From Candidatus Heimdallarchaeum endolithica (GTDB lineage: Archaea > Asgardarchaeota > Heimdallarchaeia > Heimdallarchaeales > Heimdallarchaeaceae): 64,000 nt of DNA. This document shows positions 11,454-21,608 of the stretch, one piece after another; the first letter of the stretch is position 1; every line of letters starts with the position of its first letter. The notes under the pieces are model-generated. The model was not told the origin of the DNA. It did no database searches and was given only the letters and a program-made list of their open reading frames with translations. The stretch covers positions 2,784,001 through 2,848,000 of the forward strand of contig CP084167.1 in the NCBI GenBank assembly GCA_021513715.1, read 5' to 3'. A program made the position numbers and the translations under genes.

Positions 11454-14018
11454 ATGAAAAATGAAGATACGATAATATTATCTGTTGAAGGGATGACCTG
11501 CTCTTCTTGTGTTTCACGAGTTGAAAAAGCACTAAAAAGTGTACAAGGCGTCAATTCTGCTGAAGTGAACTTACTTAGCCACCAAGCTAAAGTAACTTAC
11601 GATTCTAACTTAGTTTCTCTTGATTTATTGGTTGATGCTGTTTCTTCCAGTGGTTACAAAGCTTCACTTCCATTGAAGGAGGAAAACAAAGTTTCATTAT
11701 CTATTGAAGGGATGACCTGCTCTTCTTGTGTGAATACAATTGAAAAGAATCTGTCAAAATTAGAAGGAATAAAAGATGTTAAAGTCGTTCTTGCTAACAA
11801 TTCTGCAGTGTTAGATGTTGATCCAGAAAAAATTGATTTTGACACTGTTCTCTCTACCGTCAAAGATTTGGGTTATAAAGCTAAAATAATGAAAGAGTCA
11901 GAGCAAGCTCTTTCTTATTCTAAAAATAAGCACCTAGTAGATATGCGTAATAGGTTCTGGCTTAGTTTAATATTCTCTATTCCCGTCTTTATTTTTGCTA
12001 TGGGTCATATGGTGCCTTTCAAAAACTGGTTTCCTGCATTTGCAGAATGGCAAAGAACCTTTTACATTTTTCCTGGAATGCCCTTTAGCATTTTTGTTCA
12101 GTTAATTCTTACTACTCCTGTACAGTTTATCATTTCCTATCCTTTTTATCGTGCAGCATGGAAAAGCATTACTCATAAAAGTGCTTCAATGGATGTTCTT
12201 GTTGTAATTGGTACAACTGCAGCATATCTCTATAGCTTATTTACTATTATTTACAAATACTTTGTTCCTGTGTATGAGGGACAAGTATTCTTTGAGACTT
12301 CTGCTATTTTACTTACATTTATCTTCTTAGGTAAATATTTAGAAGAAGTAACCAAAGGTAGAACATCTGAAGCTATTAAAAAGTTAATTGAGCTCCGCCC
12401 AAAAACTGCAAAAGTTGAACGAGATGGAAAAGAACTAGAAATTCCCGTGGATGATGTGGTTGTTGGTGATATCTGTCTTATTAGACCTGGGGACAGTGTT
12501 CCTGTTGATGGTGTTGTACTTGATGGACAGAGTTATGTTAATGAATCAATGATCACTGGTGAAAGTATTCCTATCTTTAAAGACAAAGGTGATACTGTTA
12601 TTGGTGGTACAATTAACGAAAATGGTTTTATCAAAGTGAAGGCAACTAAAGTTGGTAAAGATACTACTCTGAACCAAATTATTAAAATGGTGGAAAACGC
12701 TCAAACTTCTAAACTTCCTATCCAAAAGTTAGCTGACACAATTTCTAACTACTTTGTACCTGCAGTAATTTTGATTGCCCTGATTGCTTTTGTTACTTGG
12801 TTTACTCTGATTAGTATAGGAGTCGTAAATGTAGATATTTTACCAGCAGGGACTTCAATATTCCTATTCTCTTTCTTAGTTGGTATAGCTGTAATTGTTA
12901 TTTCTTGTCCTTGCGCTTTAGGATTGGCAACACCTACAGCAATAATGGTAGGTACAGGACTAGGTGCACAGAATGGTATTCTGATTAGGACTGGTGAAGC
13001 ACTAGAAAGAGCGAAAAACATAGAAACAATACTTTTAGACAAAACAGGTACAATTACTAAAGGTAATCCTGAGGTAACTGATATTATTCCTTTGAATGAC
13101 ACACTTAATGAAGAAGAGATATTAGCAATTGCAGGTTCTTTAGAACAAGGATCAGAACATTCAATCGCTCAAGCTGTGAGAAATCATGCTTTAGAGAAAG
13201 AACTTGTTTTATCAAAGCTAAAGGATTTTGAAGCTATTCCAGGAAAGGGAGTAACGGCTAATTTACATGATAATCAATATTACTTTGGAAATAGGAGACT
13301 TTTGAACGATTTAAATCTTGAATTAAACCAGTCAACAACTGTGATACTCAATTCTTTAGAGAATGAAGGAAAGACTGCAATGATTTTAGTTGAAAACAAT
13401 ATACCTATAGGTATTGTAGCTATTGCTGATACAATTAAAGATAATTCTCCTGAGGCTATTGATTTAATGAAGAAGATGGGCTTGAATGTCGTTATGGTCA
13501 GTGGAGATAATGAGCGAGCTGCGAAGGCAATAGCTAAATTAGCAGGAATAGAAGAAGTACATGCTGATGTGTTACCTGAAGATAAATTGAAGATTGTAAA
13601 AATTTACCAAGAAAAGGGACATCAAGTAGCTTTTGTTGGTGATGGAATAAATGATGCTCCAGCTTTAGCTCAATCAGATATAGGCATTGCTATTGGATCA
13701 GGGACAGATGTTGCAATAGAAACAGGAGATATAATACTTATAAAAGATGATTTGAGGGATGTAGTAACTGCAATAGATCTAAGTAAAAAAACTATAAGAA
13801 AAGTTAAATTGGGTCTATTCTGGGCATTGTTTTATAATTCCTTGGCTATTCCTATCGCAGCAGGAATACTGTTTATACCATTTGGTTTTGTTCTTCCTGC
13901 CGAAATAGCTGGTCTATCAATGGCAATGTCTTCTGTTTCTGTAGTTCTTAACTCTTTAACATTAAAGCGTTACAAAAATCCTTTTCAGAAAAAAAGTAAA
14001 AGTAAAGCAACACTTTAG
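11454..14018 (+). CDS. copA: Cu(I)-translocating P1B-type ATPase
   Basis: Two GMTCSSC domains, TGES, CPC, DKTGT, GDGIND, YN and MAMSS motifs. Confidence 0.96.
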   Translation: MKNEDTIILSVEGMTCSSCVSRVEKALKSVQGVNSAEVNLLSHQAKVTYDSNLVSLDLLVDAVSSSGYKASLPLKEENKVSLSIEGMTCSSCVNTIEKNLSKLEGIKDVKVVLANNSAVLDVDPEKIDFDTVLSTVKDLGYKAKIMKESEQALSYSKNKHLVDMRNRFWLSLIFSIPVFIFAMGHMVPFKNWFPAFAEWQRTFYIFPGMPFSIFVQLILTTPVQFIISYPFYRAAWKSITHKSASMDVLVVIGTTAAYLYSLFTIIYKYFVPVYEGQVFFETSAILLTFIFLGKYLEEVTKGRTSEAIKKLIELRPKTAKVERDGKELEIPVDDVVVGDICLIRPGDSVPVDGVVLDGQSYVNESMITGESIPIFKDKGDTVIGGTINENGFIKVKATKVGKDTTLNQIIKMVENAQTSKLPIQKLADTISNYFVPAVILIALIAFVTWFTLISIGVVNVDILPAGTSIFLFSFLVGIAVIVISCPCALGLATPTAIMVGTGLGAQNGILIRTGEALERAKNIETILLDKTGTITKGNPEVTDIIPLNDTLNEEEILAIAGSLEQGSEHSIAQAVRNHALEKELVLSKLKDFEAIPGKGVTANLHDNQYYFGNRRLLNDLNLELNQSTTVILNSLENEGKTAMILVENNIPIGIVAIADTIKDNSPEAIDLMKKMGLNVVMVSGDNERAAKAIAKLAGIEEVHADVLPEDKLKIVKIYQEKGHQVAFVGDGINDAPALAQSDIGIAIGSGTDVAIETGDIILIKDDLRDVVTAIDLSKKTIRKVKLGLFWALFYNSLAIPIAAGILFIPFGFVLPAEIAGLSMAMSSVSVVLNSLTLKRYKNPFQKKSKSKATL

Positions 14019-14093
14019 TTTTCTCTCTTTTTTCTTAAAATTCTAATAAAAATTGAAAAACCTTTTATTCTACATTTTTATTTTCTCTTTGAA

Positions 14094-14693
14094 TTGAAAC
14101 CTTTAGATAAAAAAGATTTGATAATCCTGGAAGAGTTAATAAAAGATGGTAGAATTTCTCTCTCTGATTTAGCAGAAAAAATTAAACTTTCTGTTCCTGC
14201 TACTGCTACAAGAGTTGAAAAGTTAGTGCATAATGGAATAATTGAGAATTTTACTGTTAATATCGACTTTTCTTTACTTGTTGATGGAAAACCAAATCTT
14301 ATTCTCATTAAAACTGACTTGAAAAAAGCTGAATCTTTAGCAAACACATTATTTAAGGAGCGTTTTATCAAAAAAATTTATTTCACTACAGGAAAATACA
14401 ATTTACTTCTACTGACTCATTATATTACAGATTCGCAGAAATCACAACTTTTGTCTGTTATTCAATCCTTTGATGAAGTTCAGGATATAGACGTATTATG
14501 GCTATATGATGATTTAAAGGCAAAAAGTGAATTAGTAGTAGACGATCTAAAAAGCATGAAGATAATTTGCGATTATTGTAAGAGAGAATTTTCTGGAGAG
14601 ATTTTTAGTAAAGTTATAGGCAATAAAAAGAGATATTTCTGCTGCAATACTTGTTTAACTGAATTTGAAAAAAGATTTGCTAAAGAGGAATAA
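14094..14693 (+). CDS. Lrp/AsnC-type regulator with C-terminal TRASH domain (archaeal CopR/CopT-like)
   Basis: N-terminal Lrp HTH (LDKKDLIILEEL..DGR.S); C-terminal CDYC...YFCCNTC; adjacent to copA. Confidence 0.85.
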   Translation: MKPLDKKDLIILEELIKDGRISLSDLAEKIKLSVPATATRVEKLVHNGIIENFTVNIDFSLLVDGKPNLILIKTDLKKAESLANTLFKERFIKKIYFTTGKYNLLLLTHYITDSQKSQLLSVIQSFDEVQDIDVLWLYDDLKAKSELVVDDLKSMKIICDYCKREFSGEIFSKVIGNKKRYFCCNTCLTEFEKRFAKEE

Positions 14694-14785
14694 TCTGTTA
14701 TTTTTTATTTACATCATTTTTTATATTCCCATTATTACTAAATTAATGATTAAATATGATTCAAAAGAATCCATATGATAATTAG

Positions 14786-15040
14786 GGAAAAGAAGCTTAT
14801 ATTGATAAAGATGGAGCTATTATTGGTATGGGCGCTTTTCTACTTGCAAATTCTTACGTAGGTAAAAGGATTGAGATTCCTGATTTCAGACTTGTTCCTT
14901 CAGATGCAGTGATATTAAACCAGAAACAAGCTGATGATCTACATTCTGTTCCTGATGAACTGGAGAAATTAAGAAAGGAAATCGTTCTGCATAATATGAG
15001 ACACTGCCAACAGTACTTATCCAAAAGATATTGGTACTAA
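14786..15040 (+). pseudogene. C-terminal fragment resembling gamma-class carbonic anhydrase (Cam/CcmM-like)
   Basis: AIIGMGAFLL...IEIPDFRLVPSDAVILNQKQADDLHSV resembles the Cam C-terminal IP.GR.IP.G.V.T.Q..AD.L segment. In-frame TAG at 14783; the N-terminal beta-helix is absent. Confidence 0.5.
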
Positions 15041-15150
15041 ACATATTCCCTTTGTAATATCTGTTTCATTGTTTTATCTTATTTTTATTAGAGATTATTA
15101 GATTAAAAAAATTCTTTATCTATTGCATAAGTTTATTTTTGTAAAAATAA

Positions 15151-16788
15151 GTGTTCTCAAGAATGAGTATGAATCGAATTACTGCAAAAAAAGTTTTTTC
15201 TGTTTCATTATCTGATATTGAATGCATTTCTGACCAAGAAAAGATACTATCAAGTTACTCTCTTTACTTAATCGACGAATCAAAGATGGAAGGTGGAAAA
15301 AGTGATCTTCTCTTTTTTCCCAAAAGTGAAGATGAAGTAATTTCTATTATATCTAATCTTTATGAAAAGAGAATTCCTTTTACTATACAAGGAGGGAGAA
15401 CAGGTATTGTTGGTGGAGCAATTCCACTAACTGGGGCGCTAATTATCTTTGATCTTATGAATAATATTCTTGATTTAGGTTTTGATGAGCAAAGGAAAAA
15501 ATGGTTTGTTAAATTACAACCAGGGGTTACACTTGATGAACTTAATTCTTTTCTAAAATATAAAGATGTAAAGAAGCTTATGAATTACGATGAAAACTCT
15601 GATATACTGAAATCCCTCTTAAATCTCCAAAATAGAATTTATTATCCTGTTGACCCTACAGAAAGCTCCGCTATGATTGGAGGGACTGTAGCAGCTAACG
15701 CTTCTGGAGCTAGAAGTTTCAAGTATGGAGCTACTAGAAATTGGGTGAAAAGGTTACATGTAGTTCTTCCAAATGGTTATCTTCTAGATATTCCTCGTGG
15801 GAAGTATTTTGAAGAGAATAACGAGTTTATTATTATATGTGATGAAGAAGAGATACATATTCCTTTGCCTACCTATGAAATGCCTAAATGTAAAAATGCT
15901 GCAGGATATTATTATAAGAAAGGAATGGATCTTATAGATTTGTTTATAGGCTCAGAGGGAACTTTAGGTGTTATTACAGAAATTGAACTATGGTTGGAAG
16001 ATATGCCTTCTATCTTGGAAAATATTTTATTTTTCGATACAGAAGAAAGTGCAATTGATTTTGTTGTAAAATTGAGAGAAGATAAAAGGATTCACCCTGA
16101 ATATATTGAATTTATGGATAAAAATTGTATAAATTTGCTGAGGCTTAATGAGAAGAAGTATCCTGAATTAAATATTAAGTCTATAAGAGATAGTGCTCAA
16201 GCTGCTATATCTTTTGGTATTCAATTTCAAGAGGATACATTGGAGCAGTTATTTGATGTTTTAGATGAGTTGACCTTGAGTTGTAATAGTTCTTTGGATG
16301 ACGGATGGTGTGCTGAAACAGAAAGTGAACAGATAATGTTTCACAAACTTAGACATGCAGTACCAGAAATAGTTAATTCGATTATCGCAAAAAGAAAAAA
16401 TGATTATCCGATGTTACATAAACTAGGAACAGATATGGCTGTTAATAATCAACATTTTAAAGAGCTAATGAACTATTATCATTCGCTTCTGAACAACAAT
16501 AAATTGGAATATGCTATTTGGGGTCATATAGGGGATAATCATGTTCATGTTAATATTCTACCGAGAAACATGGATGAACTCAAAATAGGCAAAGAGTTAT
16601 ACTTACAATTTGCTATGAAAGTAGTTAGCTTAAGAGGAACTGTTTCAGCAGAACATGGGATAGGAAAAATAAAGAAAGCGTATCTGAAATTGATGTTTGG
16701 GGATAAGGGAATAAAAGAAATGATCAGAGTAAAAAAGTCTATTGACAAGTATTGGTTATTAAATAAAGGTAATATGTTTGACAATTGA
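15151..16788 (+). CDS. FAD-linked oxidoreductase (GlcD/D-2-hydroxyacid dehydrogenase family)
   Basis: QGGRTG..GGA, DP.....IGG.VAANASG, GSEGTLG, GHIGDNHVH, AEHGIG. Confidence 0.9.
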   Translation: MFSRMSMNRITAKKVFSVSLSDIECISDQEKILSSYSLYLIDESKMEGGKSDLLFFPKSEDEVISIISNLYEKRIPFTIQGGRTGIVGGAIPLTGALIIFDLMNNILDLGFDEQRKKWFVKLQPGVTLDELNSFLKYKDVKKLMNYDENSDILKSLLNLQNRIYYPVDPTESSAMIGGTVAANASGARSFKYGATRNWVKRLHVVLPNGYLLDIPRGKYFEENNEFIIICDEEEIHIPLPTYEMPKCKNAAGYYYKKGMDLIDLFIGSEGTLGVITEIELWLEDMPSILENILFFDTEESAIDFVVKLREDKRIHPEYIEFMDKNCINLLRLNEKKYPELNIKSIRDSAQAAISFGIQFQEDTLEQLFDVLDELTLSCNSSLDDGWCAETESEQIMFHKLRHAVPEIVNSIIAKRKNDYPMLHKLGTDMAVNNQHFKELMNYYHSLLNNNKLEYAIWGHIGDNHVHVNILPRNMDELKIGKELYLQFAMKVVSLRGTVSAEHGIGKIKKAYLKLMFGDKGIKEMIRVKKSIDKYWLLNKGNMFDN

Positions 16789-17042
16789 TTTTTTCTTTTT
16801 TCTAATTTCTTTGTTTATTTTTGTTATTTTTAATTCATTAGTTTTTTATACTAGTGAGAACAGATTAGTGTTTGAAGAGTTTTTATGTTAAAAAACCCCT
16901 TTTATTTTATCAATAACAATTTTATTGCTTCTTTTAAACACTAAAGTATTATCTGTTTCTATTTTTGATGTTGGAGTAATGGTTTTATTGAAGCAAGTTT
17001 TAAGAAAAAGAAAATAGGTCTTCTTCTTTTTTTCTAATAATA

Positions 17043-17564
17043 TTACTCTTTTTCTGGTTGTTTTTCTACTTCGTTTTTTTGTTTCTTTTTTGTTTTTACA
17101 TAAAAGAATCTTAGAATAAGCAGTATTAATCCTGTAAAAAACATAATTGTTAAAATTAAATAGTCTGTTCGTAAGGACCAAAGACCAAAAAGTATACCTG
17201 TTTTTTTGCTAAAAGGATAAAAAAACATCATTTCAGGATAAATGATGGTGTCAAAAAAAATGTGTGAAACCAAAGCTATGAAACTTGATAAAAGAGAAAT
17301 AAATGGATTATAAGCCTTGATATGGCTTTCTAATTTCAGTATTTTGTATGTCCCCCAACTTAATAAAGAAGTTGGTAGTAAAAAAACAAATACACCAAAA
17401 AAACTGTGCATTATTCCGTGTAGTTTTCCTACTCCAAATATGATGTAAACTATAGGTTCAAGATCTATTATTACACAACCAATTAGTAAAGCAATAGGAT
17501 CTAATAAGAAAAAAATACTCCAAAGAAATATAGCGAAACCAAAATGAAATGGGGTAAATGGCAT
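17043..17564 (-). CDS. Membrane protein of the metal-dependent hydrolase (YdjM/DUF4184-like) family
   Basis: MPFTPFH, DLEP, HG..HS and SH...D motifs among TM helices. Confidence 0.7.
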   Translation of the reverse strand: MPFTPFHFGFAIFLWSIFFLLDPIALLIGCVIIDLEPIVYIIFGVGKLHGIMHSFFGVFVFLLPTSLLSWGTYKILKLESHIKAYNPFISLLSSFIALVSHIFFDTIIYPEMMFFYPFSKKTGILFGLWSLRTDYLILTIMFFTGLILLILRFFYVKTKKKQKNEVEKQPEKE

Positions 17565-17609
17565 AAGTTGTAATTACTTTTATTATAAAAAAGCGTTTTT
17601 ATCAATAAT

Positions 17610-18173
17610 TCAGAACTCTTTTTTTGGAAGTAAACTTTTAGTAAAAATGTTTAACTCTTTTCTTGATTTAATAACAATAATCTTAGTGATTTTGCTTTTT
17701 TTTAGTTCTTGACATATTTCTTTGAATTTTTGCCTATTGAACTTTATACTCATTTTTGATAAGATAAAAAAGGCTGGTAAAAAGTTCTTCAATCCAACAT
17801 CTTTTTCTTTTATTTCTTTTGGTAAAGGGGTAATACTTTTGCTCTTTATTTTTAGATTTCTAAATAACGTTCTAATAAAGATATTCAATATGCACTGTAT
17901 TGCTGGGATTTTCAATATTATTGCAAGTTCTGCTTTTTCTAAAGCATAAGGTCTAATCTCTGAATAATTTCCATCTAAAATCCATTTCTCTTGTTTTAGA
18001 ATTGGCAGTATTTTTTCTTTAAGCTCCTCTTTTGAAGACTCTTGCCAACTTTTTTTCCAAAAGTAGTCATCAATTGAATATTTTGGTATTGAGAGAATGG
18101 CTGAAAGTTTGGTAGCCAAAAAGGTTTTTCCTGAACCTGGTGCACCGTAAACTACTATTCGAGAATAAGACAT
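17610..18173 (-). CDS. FlaR/adenylate-kinase-like P-loop protein
   Basis: GAPGSGKT, IDDYFW...W, WILDGNY. Confidence 0.8.
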   Translation of the reverse strand: MSYSRIVVYGAPGSGKTFLATKLSAILSIPKYSIDDYFWKKSWQESSKEELKEKILPILKQEKWILDGNYSEIRPYALEKAELAIILKIPAIQCILNIFIRTLFRNLKIKSKSITPLPKEIKEKDVGLKNFLPAFFILSKMSIKFNRQKFKEICQELKKSKITKIIVIKSRKELNIFTKSLLPKKEF

Positions 18174-18287
18174 TGACCTTAAGATTTCTTTAATTATTAT
18201 AAAGCTATTTTTATTTGAAAATCCCCACTTACCAAAAAACTAAAATTCTTTCTCTCGAAAGCGTTTTAAAACAAACTTGATTCGCAA

Positions 18288-18962
18288 ATGACTGCTGATA
18301 GACTATATGTTCCTCCTGCACAAAAAAAGATCTCCTCACAAGTAAGAAATTTCAGAGATTTGTCAAAATACTGTGAGGGTTATATAAAGCCAAGATTCAT
18401 TTTTCGTTCATCTTCTCTTATTCCTTACCAAAATGATAGTCTCTATAAAAATCTAAAACTGTTGGATGTTAATAGTATAATTGATCTGCGTTCTGAAATA
18501 GAATATTTGCGTGCTTCATACAATGATTGGTTCTTACGCGATATTCATCTTTATTGGGTTCATTTAGATATATCTATGCCTGACGAAGTGTTAGAAAAAC
18601 ATAATTTAACTTCTTTGCCCTTCTATAAACAGTTTATTTGGTATATTTTGCATTATAATCAAAAGGAACTCAGACGCATTTTTTCTGTTTTAGCTAATAA
18701 AAAAAATTATTCAATAGTTATTCATTGTCATGAAGGTAGAGATAGAACAGGAATTATAGCTGCACTGATTCTACTATTATTAGATGTGCCAGAAGAAAAT
18801 ATTATTCAAGATTATTTGGCAAGTGATATGAAGACACAATATTCTGATTTAGAATTCTTATTAGCTCAAATTACTGACTTTGGTGGAATAAGAGAATATT
18901 TGAAATCTATCTATGTTACAGAAGAAATGCAGTCTCAAATAAGAAGAATCCTTGCTCCTTAA
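18288..18962 (+). CDS. Cys-based protein-tyrosine/lipid phosphatase (Y_phosphatase3-like)
   Basis: NFRDL, IIDLRS, HCHEGRDRTG, DYLAS. Confidence 0.88.
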   Translation: MTADRLYVPPAQKKISSQVRNFRDLSKYCEGYIKPRFIFRSSSLIPYQNDSLYKNLKLLDVNSIIDLRSEIEYLRASYNDWFLRDIHLYWVHLDISMPDEVLEKHNLTSLPFYKQFIWYILHYNQKELRRIFSVLANKKNYSIVIHCHEGRDRTGIIAALILLLLDVPEENIIQDYLASDMKTQYSDLEFLLAQITDFGGIREYLKSIYVTEEMQSQIRRILAP

Positions 18963-18997
18963 TAATTTTCTAACTTGTTTTTCATTTTGTCTTGAAA

Positions 18998-19633
18998 TTA
19001 AAATAATCCAAAATCATCTAAAATTTCTTTAACAGTTACTATATCCAGATTATAATACATCGCGATATCTTTGTTTTTTTGTCCTTTTAGTTTTTTTTCT
19101 ATAATGTCTGCAAGATTGTCAATGTTTTTTGTTTTCCTTCTTACTGAGGATATGTTTATTCCTGAGTTTCTTATTAATTTATTTAATGCTTTTTCTGTCA
19201 TATTTAGAAATTTGGCTATATCTTGGGTGTCAAATCCTTTGTTTTTCATATATATGTATCTAGCAACATTCAAAATATCTCTTTCGTACTTTTTTAAAGT
19301 AAGATTTTCCTCTTCTAATGTCAATCTTACAGAGTAATGTGATACTCCTACTATTTCACTAATCTCATAAATAGATTTACCTTGTTTAAATAAGGTAATT
19401 ATGCGTTTTTTTCTATTTTCATCATACTGATTTTTAGTTCTAATTGGAATATTATTATCCTTTAAAACTTTTGTAACAGTATGACGGTTGATTTTTAACC
19501 TGTCTGCAATTTTATAACTTGAAAGTCCCTGTAAATATAATTGTATTATCGATCTATTTCTTTCTGAAAGACTAGAAAGAAAACTCTGATTGATTTCCAT
19601 TATTCCTTTATCTCCTTTCTTACTAAAATGCAA
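18998..19633 (-). CDS. Protein with about 4 tandem helix-turn-helix units
   Basis: Repeats of I..LY.QG.S...IA..L; GAAGGTGA SD before the TTG start. Confidence 0.7.
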   Translation of the reverse strand: MHFSKKGDKGIMEINQSFLSSLSERNRSIIQLYLQGLSSYKIADRLKINRHTVTKVLKDNNIPIRTKNQYDENRKKRIITLFKQGKSIYEISEIVGVSHYSVRLTLEEENLTLKKYERDILNVARYIYMKNKGFDTQDIAKFLNMTEKALNKLIRNSGINISSVRRKTKNIDNLADIIEKKLKGQKNKDIAMYYNLDIVTVKEILDDFGLF

Positions 19634-19902
19634 TCAAATCACCTTCAGAGTTTTCTTAATACATGAACTTTGAAAAGAAAAAGAATACTCGCTTTTTCTT
19701 CCCAGATTTACATTGTAATCCATATTTATTAAATTAATGTTTTATTTTTTGTTTCACTTGACTTTTTTAATTTCTGTTGAAACGCTATTGTCTCCTATTT
19801 CTATTAACGCCTTCTCATTATAAAAACATTTTGAACGGGATTCTTTTATTGCAAAAAAGTAAAAAAGCTTTATATATTCACTAACAATTAATATGTTTAG
19901 AA

Positions 19903-20397
19903 ATGAAAAAGAGTATAAAAATAGCTTTAGTCACCATTTTAGTTTTTTCAAGCATAATGATATTTCCCTATCTTAACTACTCTTCCCATGCATTTAATAG
20001 AAAAAATGTAAGTGAGGAAGACTATATTCAATTTAGTATAAATGGAGCAACATATGGCGATTTTGATGGTGATGGAAATGAAGACGATATTGAGTGTTAT
20101 ATTGACATTCATTTTAATCCAGAAATAAACAGAAAAAAGGTTGAACTTTACGTTGAATTACATTTACCCAATGGTGATATTTTTATTTACAAAATAATGG
20201 TAAATACTTTTTTAACTGATGTGTCCTTGCATTTATTCTTTTATAATCATGCATATGTGTCCGGAGACTATATAATTATTGCTCATATATTCTTAGCACA
20301 GTTAGGTAATTACTATACTAATTGTTATGTTGTTTTTGATCCTCCACGAGAAGAAGAACCTGATTCTGATCCTATATTTGAATGCAAACTATGTTAA
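19903..20397 (+). CDS. Small secreted protein with a DxDGDG Ca-binding-like loop
   Basis: MKKSIKIALVTILVF signal peptide; GDFDGDGNEDD. Confidence 0.65.
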   Translation: MKKSIKIALVTILVFSSIMIFPYLNYSSHAFNRKNVSEEDYIQFSINGATYGDFDGDGNEDDIECYIDIHFNPEINRKKVELYVELHLPNGDIFIYKIMVNTFLTDVSLHLFFYNHAYVSGDYIIIAHIFLAQLGNYYTNCYVVFDPPREEEPDSDPIFECKLC

Positions 20398-20450
20398 GTT
20401 AATAATTCCTATTCACCTGAAGAAGAATGAAATGTGTTTGAGGTTTTTCA

Positions 20451-21605
20451 ATGAGTTCAATTCCTATTACTTACCAAGATTATGAGATTTTACTTTTATT
20501 ACAAAATGAACCTACAATTTCCTTTAATCAAATTGCTAAAAAATTAGGTGTTACTCCTCCAACTGCTAAAAAGAAAGTAGAAAGTTTAAAAATAAGGAAT
20601 ATTTACAGAGGAAAAGCTGTATTATATAAACCAGAAAGTCTTAATCTTACAAGGTACTTTTTTATTCTTTATACTCCCTCTTTGGAATCTTTGCAACATT
20701 TGGAAGCAGCTTTAAAATATCATCCATACATCATTAGTAGAACAAGGTTTTATGGTTCCAGATTGGGTGTTTTTGCACAGTTTAATTATCCTAAAGAAAA
20801 AACTGAACTATTATTTGCTTTTGTTGATGCTTTAAAAAAGGAAGGATTTGTGAGTTCTTACCTTTATTATGAATCCTTAGGTTCTCGTCGCACAATGCAG
20901 ATTGATCTTGAGCGTCTATCTCTTTCTTCATTTAGGTGGACTTTTGATTGGGAAAAGTGTTACTCTAAATTACTTACAATTAATCCTTCTCCTCTTCCTT
21001 CTCCTAGCCCTTCAGTATTAGATAAAATGAAACCTGTTGACTTTAAGATTCTAGAAATTCTTACAAGAGGTAAAATTCCAAAAAATGATGGTGGATTTGA
21101 TTCAGAAATAACACAGAAAAAAATAAGTAATTATCTAAATATTGAGACAACTGAAATTTGGAGAAGGTATCACTTTTTACAAGAAAATGTTCTTTCAGGT
21201 TACTCTTCTAGGTTTAGTAGAGAATTTTTTAATATTAATAGTGAAAAAATAATTTTTATGACTTTTAAAGATGAGACAAAACTTAATAGATGTTTTACTC
21301 TCTTCACAGATGAAAAAGAAGGACCTCCTTTTAGGTATCATATCGAAGCTTATCGCGACTCTAAAGGTAGGAAACAATTGATTTTATATGTTTCTCTTCC
21401 TCAATATCATGAGGCTCATTTAATCTATACTTTAAGTAAAACCGCTAGTTTAAGGGTTTATAATGTAGATACAATTGGCAAGAGTTCTGTTAGTTATTCT
21501 TTTTATTCCGAAGCTTTTGATTTTAAAAAGAAAAAGTGGAAAGTAGAAGATCAATTTGTTTTAGATGGCCCATTAAAAGAAATTAAGGAAGAGTTAGAGT
21601 TATAA
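20451..21605 (+). CDS. Tandem Lrp/AsnC-type winged-HTH regulator
   Basis: Two HTH modules (DYEILLLL..EP.ISFNQIAKKLG and DFKILEIL...TQKKISNYL). Confidence 0.7.
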   Translation: MSSIPITYQDYEILLLLQNEPTISFNQIAKKLGVTPPTAKKKVESLKIRNIYRGKAVLYKPESLNLTRYFFILYTPSLESLQHLEAALKYHPYIISRTRFYGSRLGVFAQFNYPKEKTELLFAFVDALKKEGFVSSYLYYESLGSRRTMQIDLERLSLSSFRWTFDWEKCYSKLLTINPSPLPSPSPSVLDKMKPVDFKILEILTRGKIPKNDGGFDSEITQKKISNYLNIETTEIWRRYHFLQENVLSGYSSRFSREFFNINSEKIIFMTFKDETKLNRCFTLFTDEKEGPPFRYHIEAYRDSKGRKQLILYVSLPQYHEAHLIYTLSKTASLRVYNVDTIGKSSVSYSFYSEAFDFKKKKWKVEDQFVLDGPLKEIKEELEL

Positions 21606-21608
21606 ATA

